Position numbers and translations under genes: made by a program. From Andalucia godoyi And28 (taxonomy: Eukaryota > Protista > Jakobida), in contig VRVR01000043.1 of the NCBI GenBank assembly GCA_009859145.1, positions 20,721-84,720 of the forward strand: a stretch of DNA of 64,000 bases, written 5' to 3'. The notes beneath the pieces were generated by a model. The model was given only the letters and a program-made list of their open reading frames with translations, was not told the origin of the DNA and did no database searches. Below, one piece after another: positions 21,501 to 27,775 of the stretch. How positions within the stretch are numbered: position 1 is the stretch's first letter; each line of letters opens with the position of its first letter.

Positions 21501-23563
21501 AGTTGTGGACAATAGTATCCAGCCGGGCAAATGATGCCAATTGTAGTTGACGCCGCCGCGCAGTACCTGCCCGCAGGACAAGGTTGGCACGTCGCGATGG
21601 ATGTCGCTCCAATAGCATCCGAGTAGTAGCCAGCAGCGCAGGCTGTTCCAGCGCCAACTCCAGATCCACACCAGTATCCACGTGGGCACAGTTCGGAGGC
21701 ATCCAGTCGCCCCGAACCCGCAGGGCAAGCATATCCAGCAGGACACGTCAAACACGCTCCCGATGCTGTCGATCCGGTAGAGGGATTGTACGTTCCGGCA
21801 CCGCACAGTGTTGGAGATCCGAGCCCCGATGTGCAATACGCACCTTCCGGACAAATGTGCCCTGGTGGTGTTCCATTATCAGACAGAATGCCAGAAGGGC
21901 AGTAGTAGCCTGCGGTACACGCCGAGCAACTGGTGGACTTTGCAGGAGCAAACTGTCCAGCAGGACACAAGACAGGGCGGGCAGTGGTGGTGGCACAAGA
22001 ATGTCCGACCGGACAGTCCTGGCATATAACTTCTCCTTGAATGGACCATTCCCCAGAGCCGCAATTCACAGGTGTAGCCGCAGGGTCCAAGCAAGATTTC
22101 CCAGCAGGACAAACCAAGCAGGAAGTTTGTCCGGTTGCAGATTGATACGTACCAAGAGGGCACCGCAGCATAAGATCCGCATCTTTCTTTGGGCAATAAT
22201 ACCCAGCCAAACAGGTTGTACAGGCGGTGGCCATTCCAGTGGAATACGAACCCGCGCTGCAAGCTACGGGACTGATACTTGCAGTCGCGCATTGATATCC
22301 GGCGGGACACGGTGTGCACTGCACGGCACCTGCAAGAGAGTAGTACCCCGAAGCGCAGGGAGTAGCAGCGCCGGTTGGGCCCACCCTGGATGGGCAGTAA
22401 TTTCCTGCAGTACACGCCGTACAAGAGGTTGCGCCCGCGGAAGAATAGTATCCAGGAGGACACTCGTAACGTGCTGCTGCTGTGTACGGACTTGGGCAAG
22501 CCCAGCCAGCTTCGCACGTCGAGCAAGTCGTGCTGCCACCAGCAGAATACGTGCCGCTGGTGCACGCAGAGCCAGCGGAAGTGGTTGACGGGCAAGAGCT
22601 GCCGGCCGGACATGTGATGCAGGCCGTTGAGGATGCGAGTGAATAACTGCCCGCACGGCATGCATACTTGTCGGTGTCCCTGGTTGTCGGGCACGCATAC
22701 CCTGCTTCACATGCGGTACAAGCCGTAGACACAACTGCTGAATACTGGCCACTAGTGCAAGCAGAGGGGGCAGCGGTCTTCGAGGCACATCGAAATCCCG
22801 CGGGACACGGCAGACACATTTGGTATCCTAACAATGAATAATATCCATTTTGGCATGCAACTGGCGCGGCTGGGTTGGAACAATCGTTTCCTGCAGCGCA
22901 CGCTGTGCAGGACGACGCGCCGGCTGCAGCGTAGGTACCAGGAAGACAAGGAATGGGCAGGCTTGTCGCGGAGCAAATGTACCCCGCAGGACATGCGGTG
23001 CAGGATGTCTGGCCACCAACGGAATACTGGCCCGCAGAACACGCTGTCGGTGTAGACGAAGGTGTTGAGCAGTACTGGCCGGCCGGGCACCGCTTGCAAA
23101 TGCCGTCCCCGGCAGCTGCGTACCAACCGGACGCACATGCCTCAAGATACCGGCCATCCGGACACTGGTTACCCGCTGTGCACTGCTGACATGTCGTTTG
23201 TCCAGAAACTGCATAAGTTCCAAAGGCACAAATAATGGGCTCCGCAGACACCGTCGGGCAGCGGAACCCCGCGGGGCACGTGTTGCACACCAGTGCCCCA
23301 GGCATGGAGGAGTATTCCCCAGACCCACAAGCCAAGCACGCGGCAGACGACGTGGCGCCCGTTGCAGTGCGATATGTTCCAGCAGCACACAGTGTCGGTG
23401 GACTTGTTCCGCCAGTGCAGTACGACCCGCCCGGACACGTCACACAGCTGTTGTCGCAGTCCGAGAAGTACTGACCTGCTGGACAAGAAACACCAGCAGT
23501 CAGCGTCGCATGAAGAAAAAGTAGGGAAAGCAAAAGAACGACCACAGCAGAGCTTCTCTTCAT
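6557..23563 (-). CDS. Giant (5668 aa) type-I membrane protein: signal peptide, ~3000 aa GCC2/GCC3 (Ephrin_rec_like) Cys-rich repeats, one TM, ~2380 aa coiled-coil cytoplasmic tail
   Basis: Uninterrupted 17-kb ORF. MKRSSAVVVLLLSLLFLHATLTAG signal. Dozens of CPAGxYC / CPxGTY...C..C repeats. TM WILIGVVLAGIVVIVGVTVAACFYV at about 13700-13774. Tail rich in E/K/R/A. Confidence 0.92.
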   Translation of the reverse strand: MKRSSAVVVLLLSLLFLHATLTAGVSCPAGQYFSDCDNSCVTCPGGSYCTGGTSPPTLCAAGTYRTATGATSSAACLACGSGEYSSMPGALVCNTCPAGFRCPTVSAEPIICAFGTYAVSGQTTCQQCTAGNQCPDGRYLEACASGWYAAAGDGICKRCPAGQYCSTPSSTPTACSAGQYSVGGQTSCTACPAGYICSATSLPIPCLPGTYAAAGASSCTACAAGNDCSNPAAPVACQNGYYSLLGYQMCLPCPAGFRCASKTAAPSACTSGQYSAVVSTACTACEAGYACPTTRDTDKYACRAGSYSLASSTACITCPAGSSCPSTTSAGSACTSGTYSAGGSTTCSTCEAGWACPSPYTAAARYECPPGYYSSAGATSCTACTAGNYCPSRVGPTGAATPCASGYYSLAGAVQCTPCPAGYQCATASISPVACSAGSYSTGMATACTTCLAGYYCPKKDADLMLRCPLGTYQSATGQTSCLVCPAGKSCLDPAATPVNCGSGEWSIQGEVICQDCPVGHSCATTTARPVLCPAGQFAPAKSTSCSACTAGYYCPSGILSDNGTPPGHICPEGAYCTSGLGSPTLCGAGTYNPSTGSTASGACLTCPAGYACPAGSGRLDASELCPRGYWCGSGVGAGTACAAGYYSDAIGATSIATCQPCPAGRYCAAASTTIGIICPAGYYCPQLSGTATACPAGKYGGSGVTGLTNLQACKDCPAGHYCLLAAQTPTPCTTGTYLNTGNATSSGSCISCPAGYSCPVTGLVSGREYNCKPGYYCPVGTVLANTNACPAGTWSDSQNLQKAQDCEVCFEGFYCPAASTSGDARDCPKGYYCPGAPQPYNGTRFWDGSSGTIQRSGTGAEYPCPAGTFSNSTNLKSVSQCISCTQGYACTTPALLAPNVVCSARYYCPQGSTSATQSSCPAGTYSSSTGLWRSDQCTMTPPGYYSGAAANAPTACLAGKYNPSNSSTSIAACLTCPAGYYCPTTATVTPIACGKGKFSSSGATYCSNCTVGSYCPDDATTSTNMYSLYLCEAGLWCPGNVSKIPERYTEPCPVTKYCTYATSNPVDCPAGTYSSSPGLKAASECVTCPPGRYCVAGSSAITGDCSAGYYCSAGSSTPTTSACPARYYRDLTKGETQSDCAMCPRGYYCGVATVNPTVCTRGYYCESGVQTPDPCPAGSFGNSTGLRSAAECTPCLPGMYCSLPGLTAPMGYCDAGFYCASGSNTSAPTALPMGGRCPAGGYCPVGSSSPASCLPGSFNNFTGARNTSDCSACLPGYYCSGSNNPQPTAKCSAGYYCTGSSTTPIQYSTPAGYYTIEGDAAPRPCAQGTYNAESRQGSCLPCDPGYYCPNTSMTTPTRCTIGSYCPSGSSFPTPCPVGTYRDVDNGRNYTDCFPCPPGQYCATSGLTAPIGSGDCAAGYYCPGGQSTPMPASYPCPAGYYCGNATISPTPCPFGTFRSSTGGQKLADCASCTPGKYCNGTGLSTPSANCSAGYYCSGGAASPTPTDGVNGNVCALGSYCSSGSSSSTPCPDGTFADVTGLSSCKTCGAGFYCSSGSLNGTVCPVGFYCPSGSGVTGVIAYTLFRCPTGSYSAVTGLSAQSQCTLCPGGVYCGSTGLSAIPSTQCNNGVYCTSGASAATGTVGVLGGTAGTCPVGNVCPTGSSVPTPCPSGTYNPTTGRWLSSTHCLLCTGGSYCASAGASAVTGSCSAGYYCPSGSNNTESTPSSYRCPVGSYCPAGSSGPLLCTAGSYQDQQQQASCKACPAGYYCVAGTSTPQDCPAGYYCPQNTSSSMQYPCPQGTYSNTINLVSSSQCTNCTSGSYCPNTGQTSVSQTCAGGYVCYGKASVSNPNDGVTGIRCPVGYYCPAGTTVAIQCSAGMYCDVTGLSSPVANCDAGYFCGNGSSSRQQNACPVGHYCPSGTVNPLQCPPGTFSSTLYGQNRSVCLNCTAGMYCEVYGLSAPSGQCQSGFYCPAGSILSNTSLCTSGHRCPAGSGAPVPCSSGTYQPSAGQSVCLQCTASQFCDSADGCAGPGITNSRPCPAGYYCPAGTGAATTFPCPVGTFSNLTGLVNVTDCTSCTAGSYCGSTALTTPSGFCQAGYYCPTGSSSTTQIVCPTGHYCLAGSVTPAPCSIGTYNTLTASTTSGACLACIAGSFCNTSGLSVSSSGICSAGFACFAGASVPTPTDGTTGSECPVGKYCVAGSSSFQVCGPGSYNPYVRQSYCLPCPPGRLCDVAGMSSTLPCSLGSYCPGNTTVSVPCPIGTYGNTTNLFSVSQCTPCPSGTFCNGTGLSAPIGLCPPGYFCQPGTSDVTDSCPAGFYCPLGTAAPIKCPAGTFSNVTGLAASTDCTTCGNGYVCTTAGLTTPDQSCLAGYYCPPGSTNNATVLCPTGSFCPFRSDWPRSCPPAYFQDSTGQTSCLPCPAGRYCLANTTTPYVCPVRFYCPALTVDPVVCPNSTYSNVSGLQSASECAACIAGKYCTGGMIQGDCAAGRICYKSSDTPLPSFGDSRGDLCPLGHYCLAGTVTPTACTNDTVNSNLGGSVPADCVPCPAGFTCVPGNPVPTPCVPGYYCEINKSPVPCPPKTFNARNSATDASYCLPCPDSYYCPVSGISVYQVYPCPPGSYCFNATTTPEPCPAGTYRPIGLGGNPKNDCLVCPQGQYCPNAGMVSPLNCPAKYYCPSGSSSPQTCLAGGYCPANSGSSVMCPAGYFCPNGTDNPTLCPAGYYCPNGTNSIILCGAGFYCPNGTGPLPITCPAGSYCSQGVFLPTACPLGSYCPAGSSAPTLCPLGYFGTAGVSFRGTSAASCTICPPGTYGAKSDRTECLVCPAGYICLGGTTSAAPTDEILQKGRQCRTGTYCPAGSSSETYCPAGTFNPTAGSSSADACLSCAANSYTPKVGMSACLPCGASASSIVGSSTCVCVGQNRIFLPTTGSCLCKPYHVFYDGNLKERDEDSTLDCVPRVYEDCNKYESSRDAVDGSCKSSGSDCSYCPTKSGKFDRSLGMCACDGTTEADDVCDSVCRASQPTVTYDSTNNQFTLKMSNGTQVTYSASHMPGKISCPHSVSSGKTCTVRTLQSLSTGTRGVLAPSLTYLDAALGAPLTSLSTSSVSLQSAFASSNLSTTAFSGRNGLITTAASSVPQTGLDSPIMCLELGDSLLWSISSSTNYPVYLPDSLLNTVSNFDYGAFLELQSRMRSGSSTVSSFSFTFTTAGTYTFADAGDTSKLTLVVVMSSTQSCPSTSSNVMAMTPTNAVLYGVTRNDDVSTPPDWILIGVVLAGIVVIVGVTVAACFYVRRSKAADSEYKRLGEDLVVPQSIGSTKTLVADEEGGDSREVQLLEDFNVKTFYDKLEDSTIHMMSQIANSNLQGLQMYRGILDETEKIKNLLANQLHAKDDPSVSVSGTPRPGQEGKAVQLELPKAFTDSMTLFLKTQLEDMGITPLSVHELQRDSKKRRRSTATGLAVPLGKKKAARRSSKEASGGDSDDEATVEERDADSDEMEFFSGEEFGASGSLTARRKNRPSSGAGQRPSSGHRRKGSMRRLSDGAMSESPRSAKTNAKWGMGTSLSMSLYDEEDVAFEEVDENDVDMDTVLGEYYETDFADWLSESAPPEKERQVMDLERRLVQRQRRLEKRHIAERADLEAQIDYEEREAGNALSRQIDAQRQTIVSHLEEEMEMLKSRLDAKNAPESQRKAEMERLASQHAQILEQLEEDSRNSRVELSSRFSARRDERFAALQKQHASEIDLERAGATTERDELSKFLMSAASSEIEKQRWDDQRRTLEQRIAGRKARRDRELDEEVRRVDEEASVEEQAAISFVEVQLERMSDAQVHALESLRASDLQSARSEIERRRIMDDYAREFEELEAALEYERERQLQNARDRIESERRKKDSHIRRRHAEKVEADLVEDRKELDDLVHSSMGAVQRLLNSDSADVLASRLDDEEKRLLTKSAERIDAQQAERAAKLQSDLDQKLATLEQQFAQKSRSKSVDLSALEAEKEAEKRRLLDEFESESKSLEDSAASERARQKERIERKMAQQRAKVAVRRKKELEEQEASLAAARTAAAAAAAAKFASQTGGAGAAPVVSSVDMNTGFVADAEIQRLVEQLEADSGLSSDSRSVESSYVPVFDSHSSSATASNAQNSVVMEVDADLDTWHDRESDAIDEAISSLRKVEVERIKAHYGSLLSRVDDEDEKRRLMDLFTAELEALGDSLDRERRRQRALLTERVQNRRALALASQVGGQEAVDVLEAAKLLRDMDDNMAAAQQQGESQLADYLHKLRDKEIAKKKKKRDDALAKLASQHLGPDQTASAREAILAQYDAELGALEASLDSERVRQRSKLSEKLAQRRSQLVAKHSGKSNLLKDWMDASEESAEADKAAEQRSLLDIEAEVGSERARRLRVLSQNRDVLLRNADSEKEVRSILEDYERSVADLAEECDKERAAQLARMHQLLAAKRGARMAHESRLKCSANSSDPTSLSEGDRELLSELSIDEMQAAESVESGIEKIRTSKLADLRKKRDQSMESAYSSAERDRILKEFDSAVAKLDDEIHRERDRQLAEAVKRRQKKAATLQKRAGHVSVSHDPLDSEEVALRSEIQKALDHQKDETLRSLKLHRDAELSQAALSTNLDEQQRIMAQFDLECASLENNLDSERARQFAQLAQTMATRKLRAAKSAALVSSLRKDDLSDADNVLAQIEALERDDQRMAEQVIGASLRAEETAGIATIQAQLEVDRRAKLQHAQSKMQESLAGADSEAEKRRIMDEYVRAVAALDDQLDVEKARQEAKLAERLARKKAELRDRQEKARFSMMNAVVNGSVTRELSVAMDSQIGAARTAMEKKVATVSSADEKERIMREYEDTVASLESELDLEREKQMLKMKEKLSKRAAQVQNTPSKKKDAGKESNVLAALAAREEEQAALLRLEKHKSAEIARQKEVLDSQLRDAANEDEKARLLSEHSANVNRLEEQLDLERQKQKDAISLRLNAKKKASEGKSKQQQALADEEFKKLEIELKRKSEESLESQKRTELAKARREMEQQLTAETSDAEKHRIMKAYEEEAKRLESSLDEEKDRQRTVISEKMSARKARADAKKRATEEAERHRLAKDKEEEEALEKARREKESRDAAAREERKKLAQAKRDAISAATVADPELVKAQQAELATMMAEHEAEAARVASSIGAEEDRQKADLQKKLEEKKKKKQEMLQKKHAAETSLALEKQALMDAIAAGKIPEDKAREVIRAMLARRHAREMEDLASEQDAQIQSRLNEIAKLHDDAQVRSEKQAAARQWLEMQHAEERLALRQRHSKEITDAVSMVRDPLAQMEEQFLQQQEHQRKVKEAEAAKRASEIEILQKSLERERDEMRLAAAAERQRIENEQKETMQREMAALDAELDAERARMEKGIEDERRRRQLAMEQLRLQKEKEKAEELALQGELQEQQRKELLENHAKEINTLVSALDVERAKQEDALRKKLSEKQDRKRTKRQKEMDEKVAMEKALEREREASRRRLEHEAEKEWHSKLQKQQSTVMLAVSKLKRTVAAKPADAASSGTVRSDAGDARPSLLQRSLSNKQLLPRSAVTSTVLMSPPQSMDTVTKFFQLPPEEQLFDLLRRSPLFVKLCAVDEKLSSLSAEWQKTRETELKGASDVDLVIHEIRERLAAIVPPPSA

Positions 23564-24699
23564 TGCTTCAACTCAATTGCTCTCCACAAGAAGGAAAAAA
23601 GGGATGCAGGAAAAAGAAACAGAAAAATAAAAATAAAAAAGTGAACTCTTGATAAATAATATTTTCTGGACGGACTCACCGGAATGGTCCGATGTTGCGT
23701 ACCTTAAACGATGATATTTCGCGCGTCTCGTTATTGCTGTGTATGTGATGGCGATGAAGAAATGTAAAAATGCACCTTGTGGTTGGAGACGATTATTGAA
23801 TTGGGTGGTAAAGACGGAAAAAATGCGAGAACGAAACGGACTGGAGACGGAGAAGGAACGGTGAAGTGGTGATCTCGGGTTTTCATGACGAAACGAAAGA
23901 GGATTCTTGTCCAACACGGAGCATCGGATGTTGTCAAACCGTCTATAACAGGAAAATGGCCGCACAACAAAACCTACAATTGTCAAAGCAGACTGGATTG
24001 GGAAATCAAAAGGCTTGGGAGGACGAAAGAGCGGATGGCTGTTTTTACAGTCGGCGCTAATTTTTCTTTTTTTATTATTACTGTTGTTATTATTTTAAAA
24101 TCATTCTTCTTTTTTTTCCCTTTTCGAACAGCTAGATTCCAGCGTAGGCGAGGGCGCTCTTATCATCCAAGGATGCGACAAGACAGACGACACATTAGGA
24201 GCAGGAAACAGAATCCGTGTTTCCTTTTGCATTCTCCACGGAGACGCTCATAGCAAAGAAAAGGAATTGGGTGGGTGGGAGGAGACTTTAATTAATTGTG
24301 GCGGAAACGGAAAATCCCCGTGAGCGCAGAAAGAAAAAGATGTTCGCGGGACGTGTATTCACTGGAACAAATGTATTTTTTGCTCCTCTGTGCGTCTCGT
24401 AACGGATAAAATAGAGAATGGGTAACCGTAGTAGGTGGAGTGCTGCTAGTGTGGGTGCATAGCACCGTCATATGCAGGCGCAGGGATCGTTTCACTTGTC
24501 GCCAAAGTGGAAGTTCAATGTGTCGGCTAGTAGACATTGACTACCGGTGAAAAAAAAGGGAACGATGTCCGGGTGTCTGGACAACAAGCAAAAACACGAA
24601 GTCTAAAATAGTGTTAAAAAAAAGAAGGTAGCAATTCGTCGTGTGTCAGCCCAGTAACTGAAGAGCAGCAGCACTGGGCAATTGTGGCTTGTAATTACG

Positions 24700-25014
24700 A
24701 TGGACAAAATCAAAAAGCAGCTTATCAACAAGGCGATTGCAGACTATGCTGCGAAAATGCCTGCGAAAGGCGTCGCGGGAATGGCAGTGCACACGGCAGC
24801 CTCTATGCTTGGCAGTGCCAAGAGCGGAACAAGCAGTGCGATTGGAAAAGTCGAAGGCGCCGTTGGCTCGTCGAATCCGCTGAAGGGAGCCTCGATGCCC
24901 AAAGGCCTGACACCGCAGGCCTGTGAGCAAGCGGCTATGAAGGTTTTTGGAAACAGCTCGATTGCTCGAGAGGCAGGCCGTAGAGCGTTTGGCTTGATCC
25001 GGCGTGTTCAATAA
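24700..25014 (+). CDS. Small Ala/Gly/Lys-rich hypothetical protein (104 aa)
   Basis: ATG 24700 to TAA 25014, with coding-like composition between AT-rich flanks; no family recognised. Confidence 0.55.
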   Translation: MDKIKKQLINKAIADYAAKMPAKGVAGMAVHTAASMLGSAKSGTSSAIGKVEGAVGSSNPLKGASMPKGLTPQACEQAAMKVFGNSSIAREAGRRAFGLIRRVQ

Positions 25015-25065
25015 TCATGATAAACAAGAAAACACTATACTACACCAAAACTGTATGCTGTACAA

Positions 25066-26273
25066 TTATGCTACCTTCTTCATCTTCACTTCTCCGTAAA
25101 ACCGGCCTATACGACCCGCTGATTTTCGTTCCTCCTTCTTCTCCAAGTCCTTCTGTATGTTGTGAAGCACATTCTCAGGCACCAAATACCGCGAATTCTT
25201 TTGCTCAAAGCGGGACAGCTTGCACCTTTCCTGGACCTTTCGAAGCACAAGGACATTCGGGTTCCGAAGCGAAAACTTCTTACCGCGCACGGAATGTGCA
25301 AACGAGTGCTGAACATTGTCCTCATCCTTGCCGTCGCCCTCCCCGTTGTCGTCGCCGTCGCTCTCACCATTGTCATGGCGATAGTTGACTAACGGCGGAG
25401 CTCTCGCCGACTGAGCGCCATGCGGCACTGAAGGTGCTGGAGACAGGTTCCTGCCCGTCGAAGCACCGCCATTGCTGGCGGTACTGGAGCTGCAATTACC
25501 GCCTGTGTTATTGTTGCGCACCTTGCTAAAATCCAAAGCCACGACTTTCAGAGCCCTTGCATTGAGCTGTCTTCCTCGTTCGCGTTCCTGCTCCGTCTCG
25601 CGCTCCAACTGCGCAGACGCTTCCACAGCCTCGGAAGCCTCCTTGACCATACAAGAGTAATCAACTTTCCCTTCCGACCCATACAACAGCCAGCGCCCAT
25701 GTCGTGCCACCACCGGTCCTGTGTCGCCGCTGCCATTGTCATCTCCTGCATCGCCAAATCCAGAGAGATTCCTTCTCACACTCGGCGGCGGGGGATAGTA
25801 CCGCACAAACGTATTTGTGAAAACCTGCCGCGCATTCGGCTCTAGAAGATTTGGTGGGCTGCTCGATCCGGGAGGACTCAGCAGTCGACGATCCGTCGGA
25901 AACACTCGTGCTTCCACCGGCGACAGTTGCCGCGGTGTGCGTTCGACGACAGGATCCGGAACCTTTGCAGCCACAGAATCCTTCACAATGGGCTTCAATG
26001 ACCGTGGAACCCAGTTTCGCATCTTTTCAAAACTTTCCAGCTCTTTCCTCTCTGCACTAATCATTCAGCATACATGTCCAGTATCCAAGGAAACCCTCCA
26101 AACACATCAGCAAACAGCAATGCACCTGTCGTAGAAAAAAACACCCCCCAAGTGAATTTTAATTTTAAAAAACAATCGTACGCATACTCTTTGAGGATCC
26201 GAGAATGGACCATTCTCGTTTGGACACTGAGCTTTGATGCTTGTTCTTGCCGTTTGAGAAATGACGACGACAT
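25066..26273 (-). CDS. Hypothetical low-complexity protein; probable two exons (26273-26188, 26056-25066)
   Basis: A 332-aa ORF plus an upstream ATG exon. A GTATGC donor at 26187 and a TAG acceptor at 26057 join in frame (...HSRILKD|AERKELESFEK...). The intron model is inferred. Confidence 0.55.
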
Positions 26274-26708
26274 TCGCTACGTCCCTGGCTCTTTCCAAGC
26301 CGCGTTCGCAAACCGTATCGCAAACCGCAGTCCCCTGTTCCTGAAGCGGAAAACCCCAGACCTTTTTTGCCTTTTGCCTTTTGTCTTTTCGTCTTTTCGT
26401 CTTTTCGTCTCTTTAGAAACTGTTTTGACTATTTTTTTGTTGGGGGTTTTCCCCCTTCCTCCGCAGTCTCACGCCTTGATGCTGCTGGGTCATCATGCAA
26501 AAACCGTGATATCGTCGCTGATTACTGTTGTTGTTGAACCGAACCATTTTTTCTAATTTGTTTTCAATTCTTTCATGTTTTGGAATCTCTGTTTCGTTTT
26601 CTTCTGTCTATTTCTTCTTCTTCTTTCTTCGTTTATTTCTTCTTTTGGTTTGTTTGCTTGAGATTAAAAAAACTTCTTCTTCCGTGTTTGAAAACGACGG
26701 TGCGAAAA

Positions 26709-27578
26709 ATGCTTCGTTCTAAGCGTTCGGCTGCAGAGGACGCGGCGTTGAGTTCGAGTTCCGGTCTTGGCTTTGCAACGACGAATAGCAATGGCAATCA
26801 TAGTAGCAGCAGCAGCAGCAACGGAATGAGTGCTGGCGCGAGTCCCTCTCGGACGTTTGTGATTTCTGCTGCAATTCCTGTGTTGTGGTATGGAGTGTGC
26901 GGGGTGCTTCTTTTCTGCGGGGTTGTGGCGATTGCGTCGTATTCGTTCTACTATGAAGTTGTGAAGAACTCGCTGTTTCAGTACCCGGATGAGTGGTGGC
27001 CGTCCGTGAGCGCATGTCTGGGAGACTACATGGAGACACACTGGTTCAGCCAGTACTTTCTGGCCTTTGCTGTGGGACCGCGGATCTGCTTCCAGGCGCT
27101 GACGATGGTGTATGTGGCTGTGTGCTACGGACGAAATCCAGCCACCGCAAACCGGTTTTATTCGGCTCTCAACCTGTTTTGCTATGTCTTGGAGGTCGCT
27201 CGCATGCTGCTCATCTGCACGTTTGTGGTGATTACGTCGTCGGAGTGGCATGCACGACATGACATGGCCGCACAAACACACATTGCTCTCACGATCATTT
27301 ACCTCCCGCTCTCCACATTTCGATTCTCAAAGGTCGACCGCGGGACAAAAATCCTCGGATTGACGGCAACGAAGGCCCGCACGCTGTGGACGGCGGTGTG
27401 GTTTGCAAACTCGATGATGCTCGGTTACTTTTTCGTGCAGCACAAGACACATGCCGTACCGGGCGCTTACTCAATTTTTGCAATCCATGAACTCCTCTTG
27501 ATCCTGTTCGACATTGTGTACGACATGTTTGTCATTTGGGACTTCAAGCACACCAGGCTTTCGTTTTCTGTCTTGTAA
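26709..27578 (+). CDS. PGAP2: PGAP2/FRAG1 (CWH43 N-terminal-like) GPI-remodelling membrane protein
   Basis: WWPSVSACLGD...AVGPR, HARHDM and YFFVQHKTHAVPGAYSIFAIHELLLILFD match Frag1/Cwh43-N motifs; about 5-6 TM segments; ATG 26709. Confidence 0.8.
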   Translation: MLRSKRSAAEDAALSSSSGLGFATTNSNGNHSSSSSSNGMSAGASPSRTFVISAAIPVLWYGVCGVLLFCGVVAIASYSFYYEVVKNSLFQYPDEWWPSVSACLGDYMETHWFSQYFLAFAVGPRICFQALTMVYVAVCYGRNPATANRFYSALNLFCYVLEVARMLLICTFVVITSSEWHARHDMAAQTHIALTIIYLPLSTFRFSKVDRGTKILGLTATKARTLWTAVWFANSMMLGYFFVQHKTHAVPGAYSIFAIHELLLILFDIVYDMFVIWDFKHTRLSFSVL

Positions 27579-27775
27579 ACCGCGCCATTCTCTGTCACCG
27601 AAAAGAGGGCATCACAGGGGAGAACTATACAAAAAACTGGAGAACTCGCGCCTGCACAAAAAAGGAGGTGCAACCACTGGCAACAAAAAGGAATGAAGAC
27701 GGGAAAATAAAAATAAATTGTTATGTACTGTACAGCAAAATCTGGCCGCACCAGTGACCAGACAGGCAGTCTCCG

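Noticed and set aside
6579-23652. Many overlapping ORFs of 100-500 aa on both strands within the giant gene (and likewise inside other long CDSs)
   Set aside because: Antisense or alternate-frame shadows of GC-balanced coding sequence, with no recognisable motifs.
23573-24540. Short ORFs (including 24292-24537) and a weak match to the repeat element near 24520
   Set aside because: No family motifs; the similarity is about 15 gapped bases and not distinguishable from chance.
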